The notes under the pieces are model-generated. The model was not told the DNA's origin and did not search any database. It saw only the letters and a program-made list of their open reading frames with translations. This document shows positions 52,479-64,000 of a stretch of DNA of 64,000 bases, one piece after another. The translations under genes and the position numbers were made by a program. Within the stretch, counting starts at the first letter, position 1, and the number at the start of each line of letters is the position of its first letter. The stretch is from Eledone cirrhosa (lineage: Eukaryota): assembly GCA_964016885.1 (NCBI GenBank), contig OZ024764.1:11904001-11968000 (forward strand). The letters are read 5' to 3'.

Positions 52479-53324
52479 CATACACACACACATATATATA
52501 CATACACACACATATATATATATATACATAAACACATATATATATACATACATACACACATATATACATACACATATATATACATACATACACACACGCA
52601 TATATATATACATACACACACGCATATATATATACATACACACATATATATATATATTGGCAACATGACCCTCCCAAAGTATAACAACATATATATATAT
52701 ATATACATATACACACATAAATATATATATGTACATACACACATATATACATACATACACACACATATATATATATACATACACATATATATACATACAC
52801 ACACACACACACACACACATATATACACATACACACATATATATATATATATATACATATACACATAAATATATATATGTACATACACACATATATACAT
52901 ACATACATACACACACATATATATATACATACACATATATATACATACACACACACACATATATACACATACACACACATATATATATATATACATATAC
53001 ACACATAAATATATATATATATATACATACACACATATATACATACATACACACACAGATATATATATATATATACATATACACACATAAATATATATAT
53101 GTACATACACATATATATACATACATACATACACACACATATATATACATACACATACATATACATACACACACACACATATATACACATACACACACAC
53201 ATATATATATATACATATACACACAAATATATATATATACATACACACATATATACATACATACATACACACGCACATATATATACATACACATACATAT
53301 ACATACACATATATACACATACAT

Positions 53325-53375
<51 letters not shown>

Positions 53376-54039
53376 CACACATAAATATATATATATACAT
53401 ACACACATACACACACATATATATATACATACACACACACACATATATACACATACACACATATACATATATACATACACATATATATACATACACACAC
53501 ACACATATATACACATACACACACACATATATATATATACATATACACACATACACACACCACACACACAGACCCTCCCTGCCCTCTCTTCCCCACCATA
53601 CTGTAAATATCCCCATGATTGCTTTGTAAACAACCCATCTTGGTAGACAATATGTTTATGGAAAACCCATTTGCGAAAGGAAGTTAGCTGGGCCCTGTCA
53701 AATACTTTCAATATTTAGGGTAGTGTTGCTTCAGGCTCTGAAGGTGAGGGAGAAACATAGATTGATATTTGGCACGCAGTCTTGCAGAGATCTAAGGCAG
53801 GGAACTCAAAGAATCGGTGGAGCATCTGATAATGTGTCTTGTATTTTTTGTTACAAATTTTTCTGTGAATTTCTGAATTCTTTTTGGGGTTTTTTTCCCT
53901 ATGTTCTGGGTCTAAATCCCTGCCGAGGTCAACTTTACCTTTCATCCTGCCATTGCAGAGGTTGGTAAAATAAAAGTACTAGTTAAATTTTGGGGTTTAA
54001 AGTTCCTTTTTTTTATGCTGTGGTTTTAACCCTTTAGCA

Positions 54040-56750
54040 TTTGCATTACTCTATATATACTATTGTATTGTCACAGTAAAGGCTTTACCTCACATAATAT
54101 CTCACATAACATTTACATTACTCTATATATACTATTGTATTGTCACAGTAAAGGCTTTACCTCACATAATATCTCACATAACATTTACATTACTCTATAT
54201 ATACTATTGTATTGTCACAGTAAAGGCTTTACCTCACATAATATCTCACATAACATTTACATTACTCTATATATACTATTGTATTGTCACAGTAAAGGCT
54301 TTACCTCACATAATATCTCACATAACATTTACATTACTCTATATATACTATTGTATTGTCACAGTAAAGGCTTTACCTCACATAATATCTCACATAACAT
54401 TTGCATTACTCTATATATACTATTGTATTGTCACAGTAAAGGCTTTACCTCACATAATATCTCACATAACATTTACATTACTCTATATATACTATTGTAT
54501 TTTCACAGTAAAGGCTTTACCTCACATAATATCTCACATAACATTTACATTACTCTGTATATACTATTGTATTTTCACAGTAACGGCTTTACCTCACATA
54601 ATATCTCACATAACATTTACATTACTCTATATATACTATTGTATTGTCACAGTAAAGGCTTTACCTCACATAATACCTCACATAACATTTACATTACTCT
54701 ATATATACTATTGTATTGTCACAGTAAAGGCTTTACCTCACATAATATCTCACATAACATTTACATTACTCTATATATACTATTGTATTTTCACAGTAAA
54801 GGTTTTACCTCACATAATATCTCACATAACAGTTACATTACTCTATATATACTATTGTATTTTCACAGTAAAGGCTTTACCTCACATAATACCTCACATA
54901 ACATTTACATTACTCCATATATACTATTGTATTTTCACAGTAAAGGCTTTACCTCACATAATATCTCACATAACATTTACATTTCTCTATATATACTATT
55001 GTATTTTCACAGTAAAGGCTTTACCTCACATAATATCTCACATAATATTTACATTACTCTATATATACTATTGTATTTTCACAGTAAAGGCTTTACCTCA
55101 CATAATATCTCACATAACATTTACATTACTCTCTATATACTATTGTATTGTCACAGTAAAGGCTTTACCTCACATAATATCACACATAACATTAACATTA
55201 CTCTATATATACTATTGTATTGTCACAGTAAAGGCTTTACCTCACATAATATCTCACATAACATTTACATTACTCTATATATACTATTGTATTGTCACAG
55301 TAAAGGCTTTACCTCACATAATATCTCACATAACATTTACATTACTCTATATATACTATTGTATTGTCACAGCAAAGGCTTTACCTCACATAATATCTCA
55401 CATAACATTTACATTACTCTATATATACTATTGTATTGTCACAGTAAAGGCTTTACCTCACATAATATCTCACATAACATTTACATTACTCTATATATAC
55501 TATTGTATTGTCACAGTAAAGGCTTTACCTCACATAATATCTCACATAACATTTACATTACTCTAGATATACTATTGTATTTTTACAGTAAAGGCTTTAC
55601 CTCACATAATATCTCACATAACATTTACATTACTCTATATATACTATTGTATTTTTACAGTAAAGGCTTTCCCTTACATAATATCTCACATAACATTTAC
55701 ATTACTCTATATATACTATTGTATTATCACAGTAAAGGCTTTACCTCACATAATACCTCACATCACATTTACATTACTTTATATATACTATTGTATTTTC
55801 ACAGTAAAGGCTTTACCTCTCATAATATCTCACATAACATTTACATTACTCTATATTTACTATTGTATTTTCACAGTAAAGGCTTTACCTCACATAATAT
55901 CTCCCATAACATTTACATTACTCTATATATACTATTATATTTTCACAGTAAAGGCTTTACCTCACATAACATTTACATTACTCTATGTATACTATTATAT
56001 TTTCACAGTAAAGGCTTTATCTCACATAATATCTTACATAACATTTACATTACTCTGTATATACTATTGTATTTTCACAGTAAAGGCTTTACCTCACATA
56101 ATATCTCACATAACATTTACATTACTCTGTATATACTATTGTATTTTCACAGAAAAGGCTTTACCTCACATAATATCTCACATAACATTTACATTACTCT
56201 ATATATACTATTGTATTTTCACAGTAAAGGCTTTACCTTACATAATATCTCAGATAACATTTACATTACTCTATATATACTATTGTATTTTCACAGTAAA
56301 GGCTTTATCTCACATAATATCTCACATAACATTTACATTACTCTACATATACTATTGTATTTTCACAGTAAAGGCTTTACCTCACATAATATCTCACATA
56401 ACATTTACATTACTCTATATATACTATTGTATTGTCACAGTAAAGGCTTTATCTCACATAATATCTCACATAACATTTACATTACTCTATATATACTATT
56501 GTATTTTCGCATTAAAGGCTTTACCTCACATAATATCTCACATAACATTTACATTACTCTATATATACTATTGTATTGTCACAGTAAAGGCTTTATCTCA
56601 CATAATATCTCACATAACATTTACATTACTCTATATATACTATTGTATTTTCACAGTAAAGGCTTTATCTCACATAATATCTCACATAACATTTACATTA
56701 CTCCATATATACTATGTATTTTCACAGTAAAGGCTTTATCTCACATAATA
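54040..56750. repeat. 72-bp minisatellite, ~38 copies
   Basis: Unit tattgtattgtcacagtaaaggctttacctcacataatatctcacataacatttacattactctatatatac. Confidence 0.95.
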
Positions 56751-56959
56751 TCGCATCTATGTGATTTTGATATTATTTATTTTGAGAACAATACGTTAAC
56801 ATCAGTATGAGTGGCCAGTTATGGTCGGTTTGAACAGAAGGAGGTGAGAGAATTATGGTCAGATACGGCCAGGACATTTGAAGTTAAGGAAGAATAGAAA
56901 TGCTTTACGACCCCAGCTCCAATATGTAACAAAATAAAAGGGTGTAGTTGGTAACTTAC

Positions 56960-57063
56960 CTCAGGATGTGGATCCCCATCCGGTGGAAGGCACGCTAACT
57001 GTATGGTGTCTTCGACCTTCACAAATGTGCTTATGGGGTCTCGATAAAACCTTTTCTTTAGAT
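56960..57063 (-). CDS. unc5: UNC-5-like exon, first part of Ig domain 2
   Basis: tctctag|AT...GAG|gtaagt, 104 nt, phase 1-0. YLKKRFYRDPISTFVKVEDTIQLACLPPDGDPHPE matches the UNC5 pattern YLRKxF...CxPPEGxPxxE. Confidence 0.93.
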
Positions 57064-57177
57064 CTAGAGACAGAGGAGGAGGGGGAAGAAAATAAATATA
57101 GGGTAAAAAAAAAAGAAGAAAACACCAATAACAAGAAAAAGAAAAAGAGGTTTATGCCAGAAAATAAAATCTTAGCA

Positions 57178-58545
57178 TATATATGAGAGAGAGAGAGCTC
57201 TCTTCTCTCTATATATAGCGTATATATGAGAGAGAGCTCTCTTCTCTCTCTATATAGCGTATATATGAGAGAGAGAGCTCTCTTCTCTCTCTATATAGCG
57301 TATATATGAGAGAGAGCTCTCTTCTCTCATATATATAGCGTATATATGAGAGAGAGAGCTCTCTTCTCTCTATATATAGCGTATATATGAGAGAGAGAGC
57401 TCTCTTCTCTCTCTATATAGCGTATATATGAGAGAGAGAGCTCTCTTCTCTCTCTATATAGCGTATATATGAGAGAGAGAGCTCTCTTCTCTCTATATAT
57501 AGCGTATATATGAGAGAGAGCTCTCTTCTCTCTCTATATAGCGTATATATGAGAGAGAGAGAGCTCTCTTCTCTCTCTATATAGCGTATATATGAGAGAG
57601 AGAGAGCTCTCTTCTCTCTCTATATAGCGTATATATGAGAGAGAGAGAGCTCTCTTCTCTCTCTATATAGCGTATATATGAGAGAGAAAGAGCTCTCTTC
57701 TCTCTCTATATAGCGTATATATGAGAGAGAGAGAGCTCTCTTCTCTCTCTATATAGCGTATATATGAGAGAGAGAGCTCTCTTCTCTCTCTATATAGCGT
57801 ATATATGAGAGAAAAAGAGCTCTCTTCTCTCTCTATATAGCGTATATATGAGAGAGAGAGAGCTCTCTTCTCTCTCTATATAGCGTATATATGAGAGAGA
57901 GAGAGCTCTCTTCTCTCTATATATAGCGTATATATGAGAGAGAGAGCTCTCTTCTCTCTCTATATAGCGTATATATGAGAGAGAGAGAGCTCTCTTCTCT
58001 CTCTATATAGCGTATATATGAGAGAGAGAGAGCTCTCTTCTCTCTCTATATAGCGTATATATGAGAGAGAGAGCTCTCTTCTCTCTATATATATATTTAG
58101 CGTATATATGAGAGAGAGCTCTCTTCTCTCTATAGCATATATATATGAGAGAGAGAGCTCTCTTCTCTCTATATATATAGCGTATATATGAGAGAGAGAG
58201 CTCTCTTCTCTCTATAGCATATATATATGAGAGAGAGAGCTCTCTTCTCTCTATATATAGCGTATATATGAGAGAGAGAGCTCTCTTCTCTCTATAGCAT
58301 ATATATATGAGAGAGAGAGCTCTCTTCTCTCATATATATAGCGTATATATGAGAGAGAGAGCTCTTTTCTCTCTATAGCATATATATATGAGAGAGAGAG
58401 CTCTCTTCTCTCTATATATAGCGTATATATGAGAGAGAGTGCTCTCTTCTCTCTCTCTATATATAGCATATATATGAACGAGAGAGAGATAGAGCTCTCT
58501 TCTCTCTCTATATATATAGCATATATATGAGAGAGAGAGAGAGGT
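57178..58545. repeat. ~40-bp self-complementary minisatellite
   Basis: atatatgagagagagagctctcttctctctctatatagcgt. Confidence 0.92.
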
Positions 58546-58799
58546 CAAAGAGAGAGATAGAGAAAGAAAGAGACAGAGAGAGCTCTATTCTCTCTCTCTC
58601 TCTATATATATATATTTATATCGGGCCGTTAAGTATGAAATTTGTAGAAAAAAAAAACAATTTCTACAAATTTCATACTTGACGACCCTTCTCTCTCTCT
58701 CTCCCCCTATCTATATATATAGCATATATTGGCTCGTCAAGTATGAAATTTGTATAAAGTTGTACAACAAAAAGAAATTTCTACAAATTTCATACTTGA

Positions 58800-60530
58800 T
58801 GATGAGATAGAGATAGACAGGGAGAGAGAAAGAGGAGAGAGAGATAGAGAGAGAAAGAGGAGAGATAGATAGAAAAAGAGATAGAGAGAGAGAGACAAAG
58901 AGAGATAGAGAGAGAGACAAAGAGAAATAGAGAGAGAGAGATAGAGAGAGAGATAGAAACAAAGAGGAGAGAGAGATAGAATGACAAATAGAGAGAGAGA
59001 GAGACAAAGAGATATAGCGAGAGAGAGAGAGATAGAGAGAGAAAGAGGAGAGAGAGAGAGATAGAAAGACAAATAGAGAGAGAGAGAGAGACAAAGAGAT
59101 ATAGCGAGAGAGAGAGAGATAGAGAGAGAAAGAGGAGAGAGAGATAGATAGAGAGAGAGAGAGAGAGAGACAAAGAGATATAGCGAGAGAGAGATAGAGA
59201 GAGAGGGAGACAAAGAGGAGAGAGAGATAGAGAGAGAAAGAGGAGAGAGATAGAAAGAGAGATAGAGAGAGAGAGAGAAAGAGGAGAGAGAGATAGAGAG
59301 AGAAAGAGAGAGGGAGAGACAAAGAGATATAGCGAGAGAGAGATAGAGAGAGAGAGAGACAAAGAGATATAGCGAGAGAGAGACAAAGAGGAGAGATAGA
59401 GAGAGAGAAAGAGGAGAGAGAGATAGAGATAGAGAGAGGAGAGAGAGAGATAGAAAGAGAAAGAGAGATAGAAAGAAGAGAGAGAGATAGAGAGAGAAAG
59501 AGGAGAGAGATAGAAAGAGAGAAAGAGGAGAGAAAGAGGAGAGAGATAGAAAGAGAGACAGACAGAGAAACTGGAGAGAGAGATAGAAAGAGACATAGAG
59601 AGAGAGACAAAGAGGAGATAGAGATAGAGAGAGAAAGACCAGAGAGAGAGATAGCAAGAGAGAGAGAGATAGAGAGAGACATAGAGAGAGAGACAAAGAG
59701 GAGATAGAGATAGAGAGAGAAAGACCAGAGAGAGAGATAGCAAGAGAGAGAGAGATAGAGAGAGACATAGAGAGAGAGACAAAGAGGAGATAGAGATAGA
59801 GAGAGAAAGACCAGAGAGAGAGATAGCAAGAGAGAGAGAGATAGAGAGAGACATAGAGAGAGAGACAAAGAGGAGATAGAGATAGAGAGAGAAAGACCAG
59901 AGAGAGAGATAGCAAGAGAGAGAGAGATAGAAAGAGACATAGAGAGAGAGACAAAGAGGAGATAAAGATAGAGAGAGAAAGACCAGAGAGAGAGATAGCA
60001 AGAGAGAGAGAGATAGAGAGAGACATAGAGAGAGAGACAAAGAGGAGATAGAGATAGAGAGAGAAAGACCAGAGAGAGAGATAGCAAGAGAGAGAGAGAT
60101 AGAGAGAGACATAGAGAGAGAGACAAAGAGGAGATAGAGATAGAGAGAGAAAGACCAGAAAGAGATATAGCAAGAGAGATAGAGATAGAAAGAGAGAGAG
60201 AGATATAGTGAGAGACATAGAGAGAGAGACAAAGAGGAGATAGAGATAGAGATACAAAGAAAGAGATATAGCAAGAGAGATAGAGATAGAAAGAGAGAGA
60301 GAGATAGAGAGAGAAAGACCAGAGAGAGATATAGCAAGAGAGAGAGAGATAGAGAGCGAGAGAGAGATATAGTGAGAGACATAGAGAGAGAGACAAAGAG
60401 GAGATAGAGATAGAGATACAAAGAAAGAGATATAGCAAGAGAGATAGAGATAGAAAGAGAGAGAGAGATAGAGAGAGAAAGACCAGAGAGAGATATAGCA
60501 AGAGAGAGAGAGATAGAGAGCGAGAGAGAG
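58800..60530. repeat. 1.7-kb GA-rich polypurine tract
   Basis: Direct reading. Confidence 0.95.
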
Positions 60531-60541
60531 TATTTACTTAC

Positions 60542-61003
60542 ATGATTTGCGTATAATCCCTTCGTTGCTGACCACTGCCCGGTCAGGAGCTGTTTTAGAC
60601 TTCCGGTTCCACGCGTGGCAGTTGCACGAGTAGTCATCGTTGCCGAAGTAGGCGTCCACCTCCTCCCGCGTCACCTCAATGCTGGTGATCAAGTACTTCC
60701 CGCCGCTCTTCGGGTCGGTCACCTCCACCTTGGACATGCTGCGCAGGGGTATCACCTGTCCGCTGCACTGGAACTGCACGTTGGTGGCACTGGTCACGTG
60801 GCAGCTGACCAGGGCCGGCTTGTGCCTCAGCACGTAGTAGACGCTCTCCGGCTGTTTCGTGAACACCGGAAGGTCGCTGCCGGCGGCCACCCCTCCGCGG
60901 ACGGTTCCTGTCTCTCCTCCTCCTCCACCTCCTCCCCCTCCGCCTGTGTCATCCCCTCCCCCACCGCCTCCTCCTTGGCCGGCAGCCATTGGAATGAAAA
61001 CAC
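60542..61003 (-). CDS. unc5: UNC-5-like netrin receptor, exon encoding Gly-rich N-terminal segment + Ig domain 1
   Basis: Acceptor ttcctcag| and donor T|gtaagt, phase 1-1, 462 nt. Translation (G)VFIPMAAGQGGG...DLPVFTKQPESVYYVLRHKPALVSCHVTSATNVQFQCSG...SIEVTREEVDAYFGNDDYSCNCHAWN...IIRKS resembles UNC5 Ig1. Confidence 0.93.
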
Positions 61004-61094
61004 CTGAGGAAAGAGAAAAAAAGAGAGAAAAATATATAAAATATGAATAAAATTATGATGGAAGGTTTTTAGATAAATATAATAAATAATAATT

Positions 61095-61950
61095 GTTGTT
61101 TCTACTATTGGCACAAGGCCAGCAATTACCCCAGTACATTACTGGTACTTTATTTTATCGACCCCGTAAGGATGAAAGGCAAAGTTAACCTCGGCGGGAT
61201 TTGAACTCAAATATAATAAATAATTATTTCTACTTTAGGCACAAGGCCAGCAATTACCCAGTGCATTACTGGTACTTTATTTTATCGACCCCGTAAGGAT
61301 GAAAGGCAAAGTCAACCTCGGCGGGATTTGAACTCAGATCGTAAAGGGACGTAACTATGCTGGAAAGCATGGCGTCCAACCCTCTACCGATACTGCCAAT
61401 AATAATTGTTGTTTCTACTTTAGGCACAAGGCCAGCAATTTCCCAGTACATTACTGGTACTTTATTTTATCGACCCCGTAAGGATGAAAGGCAAAGTTAA
61501 CCTCGGCGGGATTTGAACTCAGAATGGCAAGGGCCGTAACTCTATGCGTCAAAGCATAGCATCCGACCCTCTACAGATACTGCCAATGTTGTTTCTAGTT
61601 TTGGCACAAGGCCAGCAATTACCCAGTGTATTACTGGTACTTTATTTTATCGACCCCGTAAGGATGAAAGGCAAAGTTAACCTCGGCGGGATTTGAACTC
61701 AGAATGGCAAGGGCCGTAACTCTATGCGTCAAAGCATAGCGTCCGACCCTCTACAGATACTGCCAATGTTGTTTCTAGTTTTGGCACAAGGCCAGCAATT
61801 ACCCAGTGTATTACTGGTACTTTATTTTATCGACCCCGTAAGGATGAAAGGCAAAGTTAACCTCGGCGGGATTTGAACTCAGATCATAAAGGGACGTAAC
61901 TCTATGCTGCAAAGCATGGCGTCCAACCCTCTACTGATACTGCCAATCCA
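61095..61950 (-). mobile_element. Tandem SINE family 2 copies (~5)
   Basis: Repeated ggcacaaggccagcaatt...cctcggcgggatttgaactc. Confidence 0.85.
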
Positions 61951-63317
61951 AATGAAATTATTGTGTACAGTGCTCAGGTGCACTACAACTCATCAAAGGT
62001 GCATGTACAGTACATAGAATAATGTAGAAATGTCAGGAAAGGGAACAGTGTATGAGTCATGATATAATGAAAATTATTTTGTACAGTGCTTAGGTGCACT
62101 ACAACTCATCAAAGGTGTATGTATAGTACATAGAATAATGTACAAATGTCAGGAAAGTGAACAGTGTATGAGTCATGATATACATGTGTGCGTGTGTATG
62201 GAGGGGGAATATTAGGTGTAGTGTTGGCAAATCTCAGGAAGCATGGAGGTTTTAAAGGATGCTGTGTCTGGACACTTTAACCCTTTCATTACCATACGGT
62301 TGGTGTCTGGAACATAACTTAACAAAGGTTCTTACATAAAATCATGACAGAAGGTTTTTAGATAAACACTTTAACACTTTCACTACCATATTGCTAATGA
62401 AAGACACAGCTGGTGTCTGGAACATAACTTAACAGAGGTTCTTTCATTACCATATTTCTAATGACAGACACTGTTAATGTTTGGAACATAACTTAACAAA
62501 GGTTCTTATATAAAATTATGATGGAAGGTTTTTAGATAAATATAAACACTTTAATCCTTTCATTAGATATGTTTAATGAAAGACACTGTTGGTGTTTGGA
62601 ACATAACTTAGCAAAGGTTCTTATATAAAATTATGATGGAAGGTTTTTAGATAAATATAAACACTTTAACCCTTTTGTTACCATATTTCTAATGAAAGAC
62701 ACTGTTGGTGTTTGGAACATAACTTAACAAGGGTTCTTACATAAAATTATGATGAAAGATGTTTAGATAAATATAAATACTTTAACCCTTTTGTTACCAT
62801 ATTTCTAATGAAAGACACTGTTGGTGCTTGGAACATAACTTAACAAAGGTTCTTACATAAAATTATGTTGGAAGATCTTTCGACAAATATAAATACTTTA
62901 ACCCTTTTGTTACCATATTTATAATGAAAAACACCAGGATTAATTTATGAAGCTGGTGTTCGGAACACAACTTAACAAAGGTTCTTATGTAAAATTATGA
63001 TACAAGGCTTTTAACGAAATATAAATATAAACACTTTAATTAATTAATTAATTAATTAATTTAAAAAAAAAAAATCATTTGGGGTTTAATAACACAATTT
63101 TTGTTGAGGTTAAAGAAAAATAATAAAATAGAGTTTGGTTTAAGTCAAGTAATTAAGGCACTACATTAAAATAATTAAGTTAATTAGATAATGTTTTTCG
63201 TTTTGTTAATTAGATGAGATCTTGATGTAGTAGAAATTTAAATTTGATTTAATCTTAATTGATTTTAAAACTAAAAATTAAATGGTCGTTAAATTAAAAG
63301 GATTGAGTATTGAATCT

Positions 63318-64000
63318 TGGTGGTGGTGGTTGTAGTGGTGGTGGTTGTAGTGGTGTTGGTGGCGGTGGTGGTGGTGGTGGTGGTGGTGGTGGTGGTGGTG
63401 GTGGTGGTGGTTGTAGTGGTGGTGGTGGTGGTTGTAGTGGTGGTGGTGGTGGTTGTAGTGGTGGTGGTGGTGGTTGTGGTGGTGGTGTTGGTGGCAGTGG
63501 TGGTAGTGGTATTGGTGGTAGTGGTGGTGTTGGTGGTGGTAGTGGTGGCTGTAGTGTTGTTGTTGGTGGTAGTGGTGGTGGTAGTGGTGGTTGTGGTGGC
63601 TGTAGTGTTGTTGTTGGTGGTAGTGGTGGTGGTTGTGGTGGTGGCGGCGGTGGTGGTTGTAGTGGTGGTAGTGGTGGTGGTTGTAGTGGTGGTGGTGGTG
63701 GTGGTGGTGGTTGTAGTGGTGGTGTTGGTAGTGGTAGTGGTGGTGTTGGTAGTGGTGGTGTTGATGGTGGTAGTGGTGGTAGTTGTAGTGGTAGTGTTGG
63801 TGGTGGTAGTGGTGGTTGTGGTGGCTGTAGTGTTGTTGTTGGTGGTAGTGGTGGTGGTTGTGGTGGTGGTTCTAGTGGTGTTGGTGGTGGCAGTGGTGGT
63901 GGTGGTTGTGGTTGTAGTGATGGTGTTGGTGGTGGTAGTAGTGGTGGTTGTGGTTGCTGTAGTTGTGTTGTTGGTAGTGGTGGATGCGGCGTTGTTGTTG
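63318..64000. repeat. (GGT)n microsatellite field
   Basis: Direct reading. Confidence 0.95.

Noticed and set aside
54063-56810. 915-aa ORF of 24-aa repeats (YCHSKGFTSHNISHNIYITLYILL)
   Set aside because: It is a 72-bp minisatellite whose unit happens to lack a stop in one frame. It has no ATG start, no unique domains and is antisense within an unc-5 intron.
58711-60637. 500-600 aa Leu/Ser ORFs
   Set aside because: Translation of the (CT)n-rich strand of the GA tract.
60987-60989. ATG of MAAGQ as the unc-5 start codon
   Set aside because: No signal peptide follows, and a good phase-1 acceptor lies 14 nt upstream. The true first coding exon is probably beyond the window end.

Overview
Animal (eukaryotic) genomic DNA, very rich in microsatellites, satellites and transposons. 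The SINE and repeat landscape suggests an octopus/coleoid cephalopod; this is an inference, not a database result. The whole window lies inside one minus-strand gene, an UNC-5-type netrin receptor. Its exons were traced with GT-AG boundaries and consistent phases: Ig1 (60542-61003), Ig2a (56960-57063), Ig2b (47048-47228), TSP1-1 (45859-46026), TSP1-2 (20433-20600) and transmembrane (1762-1914). The signal-peptide exon and the ZU5/UPA/death-domain exons were not found and probably lie outside the window. Three frame-preserving cassette exons not shown as such in the ORF track were found by eye: 12 nt (37264-37275), 30 nt (8346-8375) and 72 nt (5775-5846). The introns hold about a dozen type-I hammerhead ribozyme motifs of several families, often in inverted pairs inside (TA)n tracts, as in Penelope-like element or retrozyme ends. 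They also hold a rearranged mariner, MITEs, two tRNA-derived SINE families, LINE fragments and many minisatellites amplified from inside those elements. Nearly all long ORFs in the supplied track are microsatellite artefacts.
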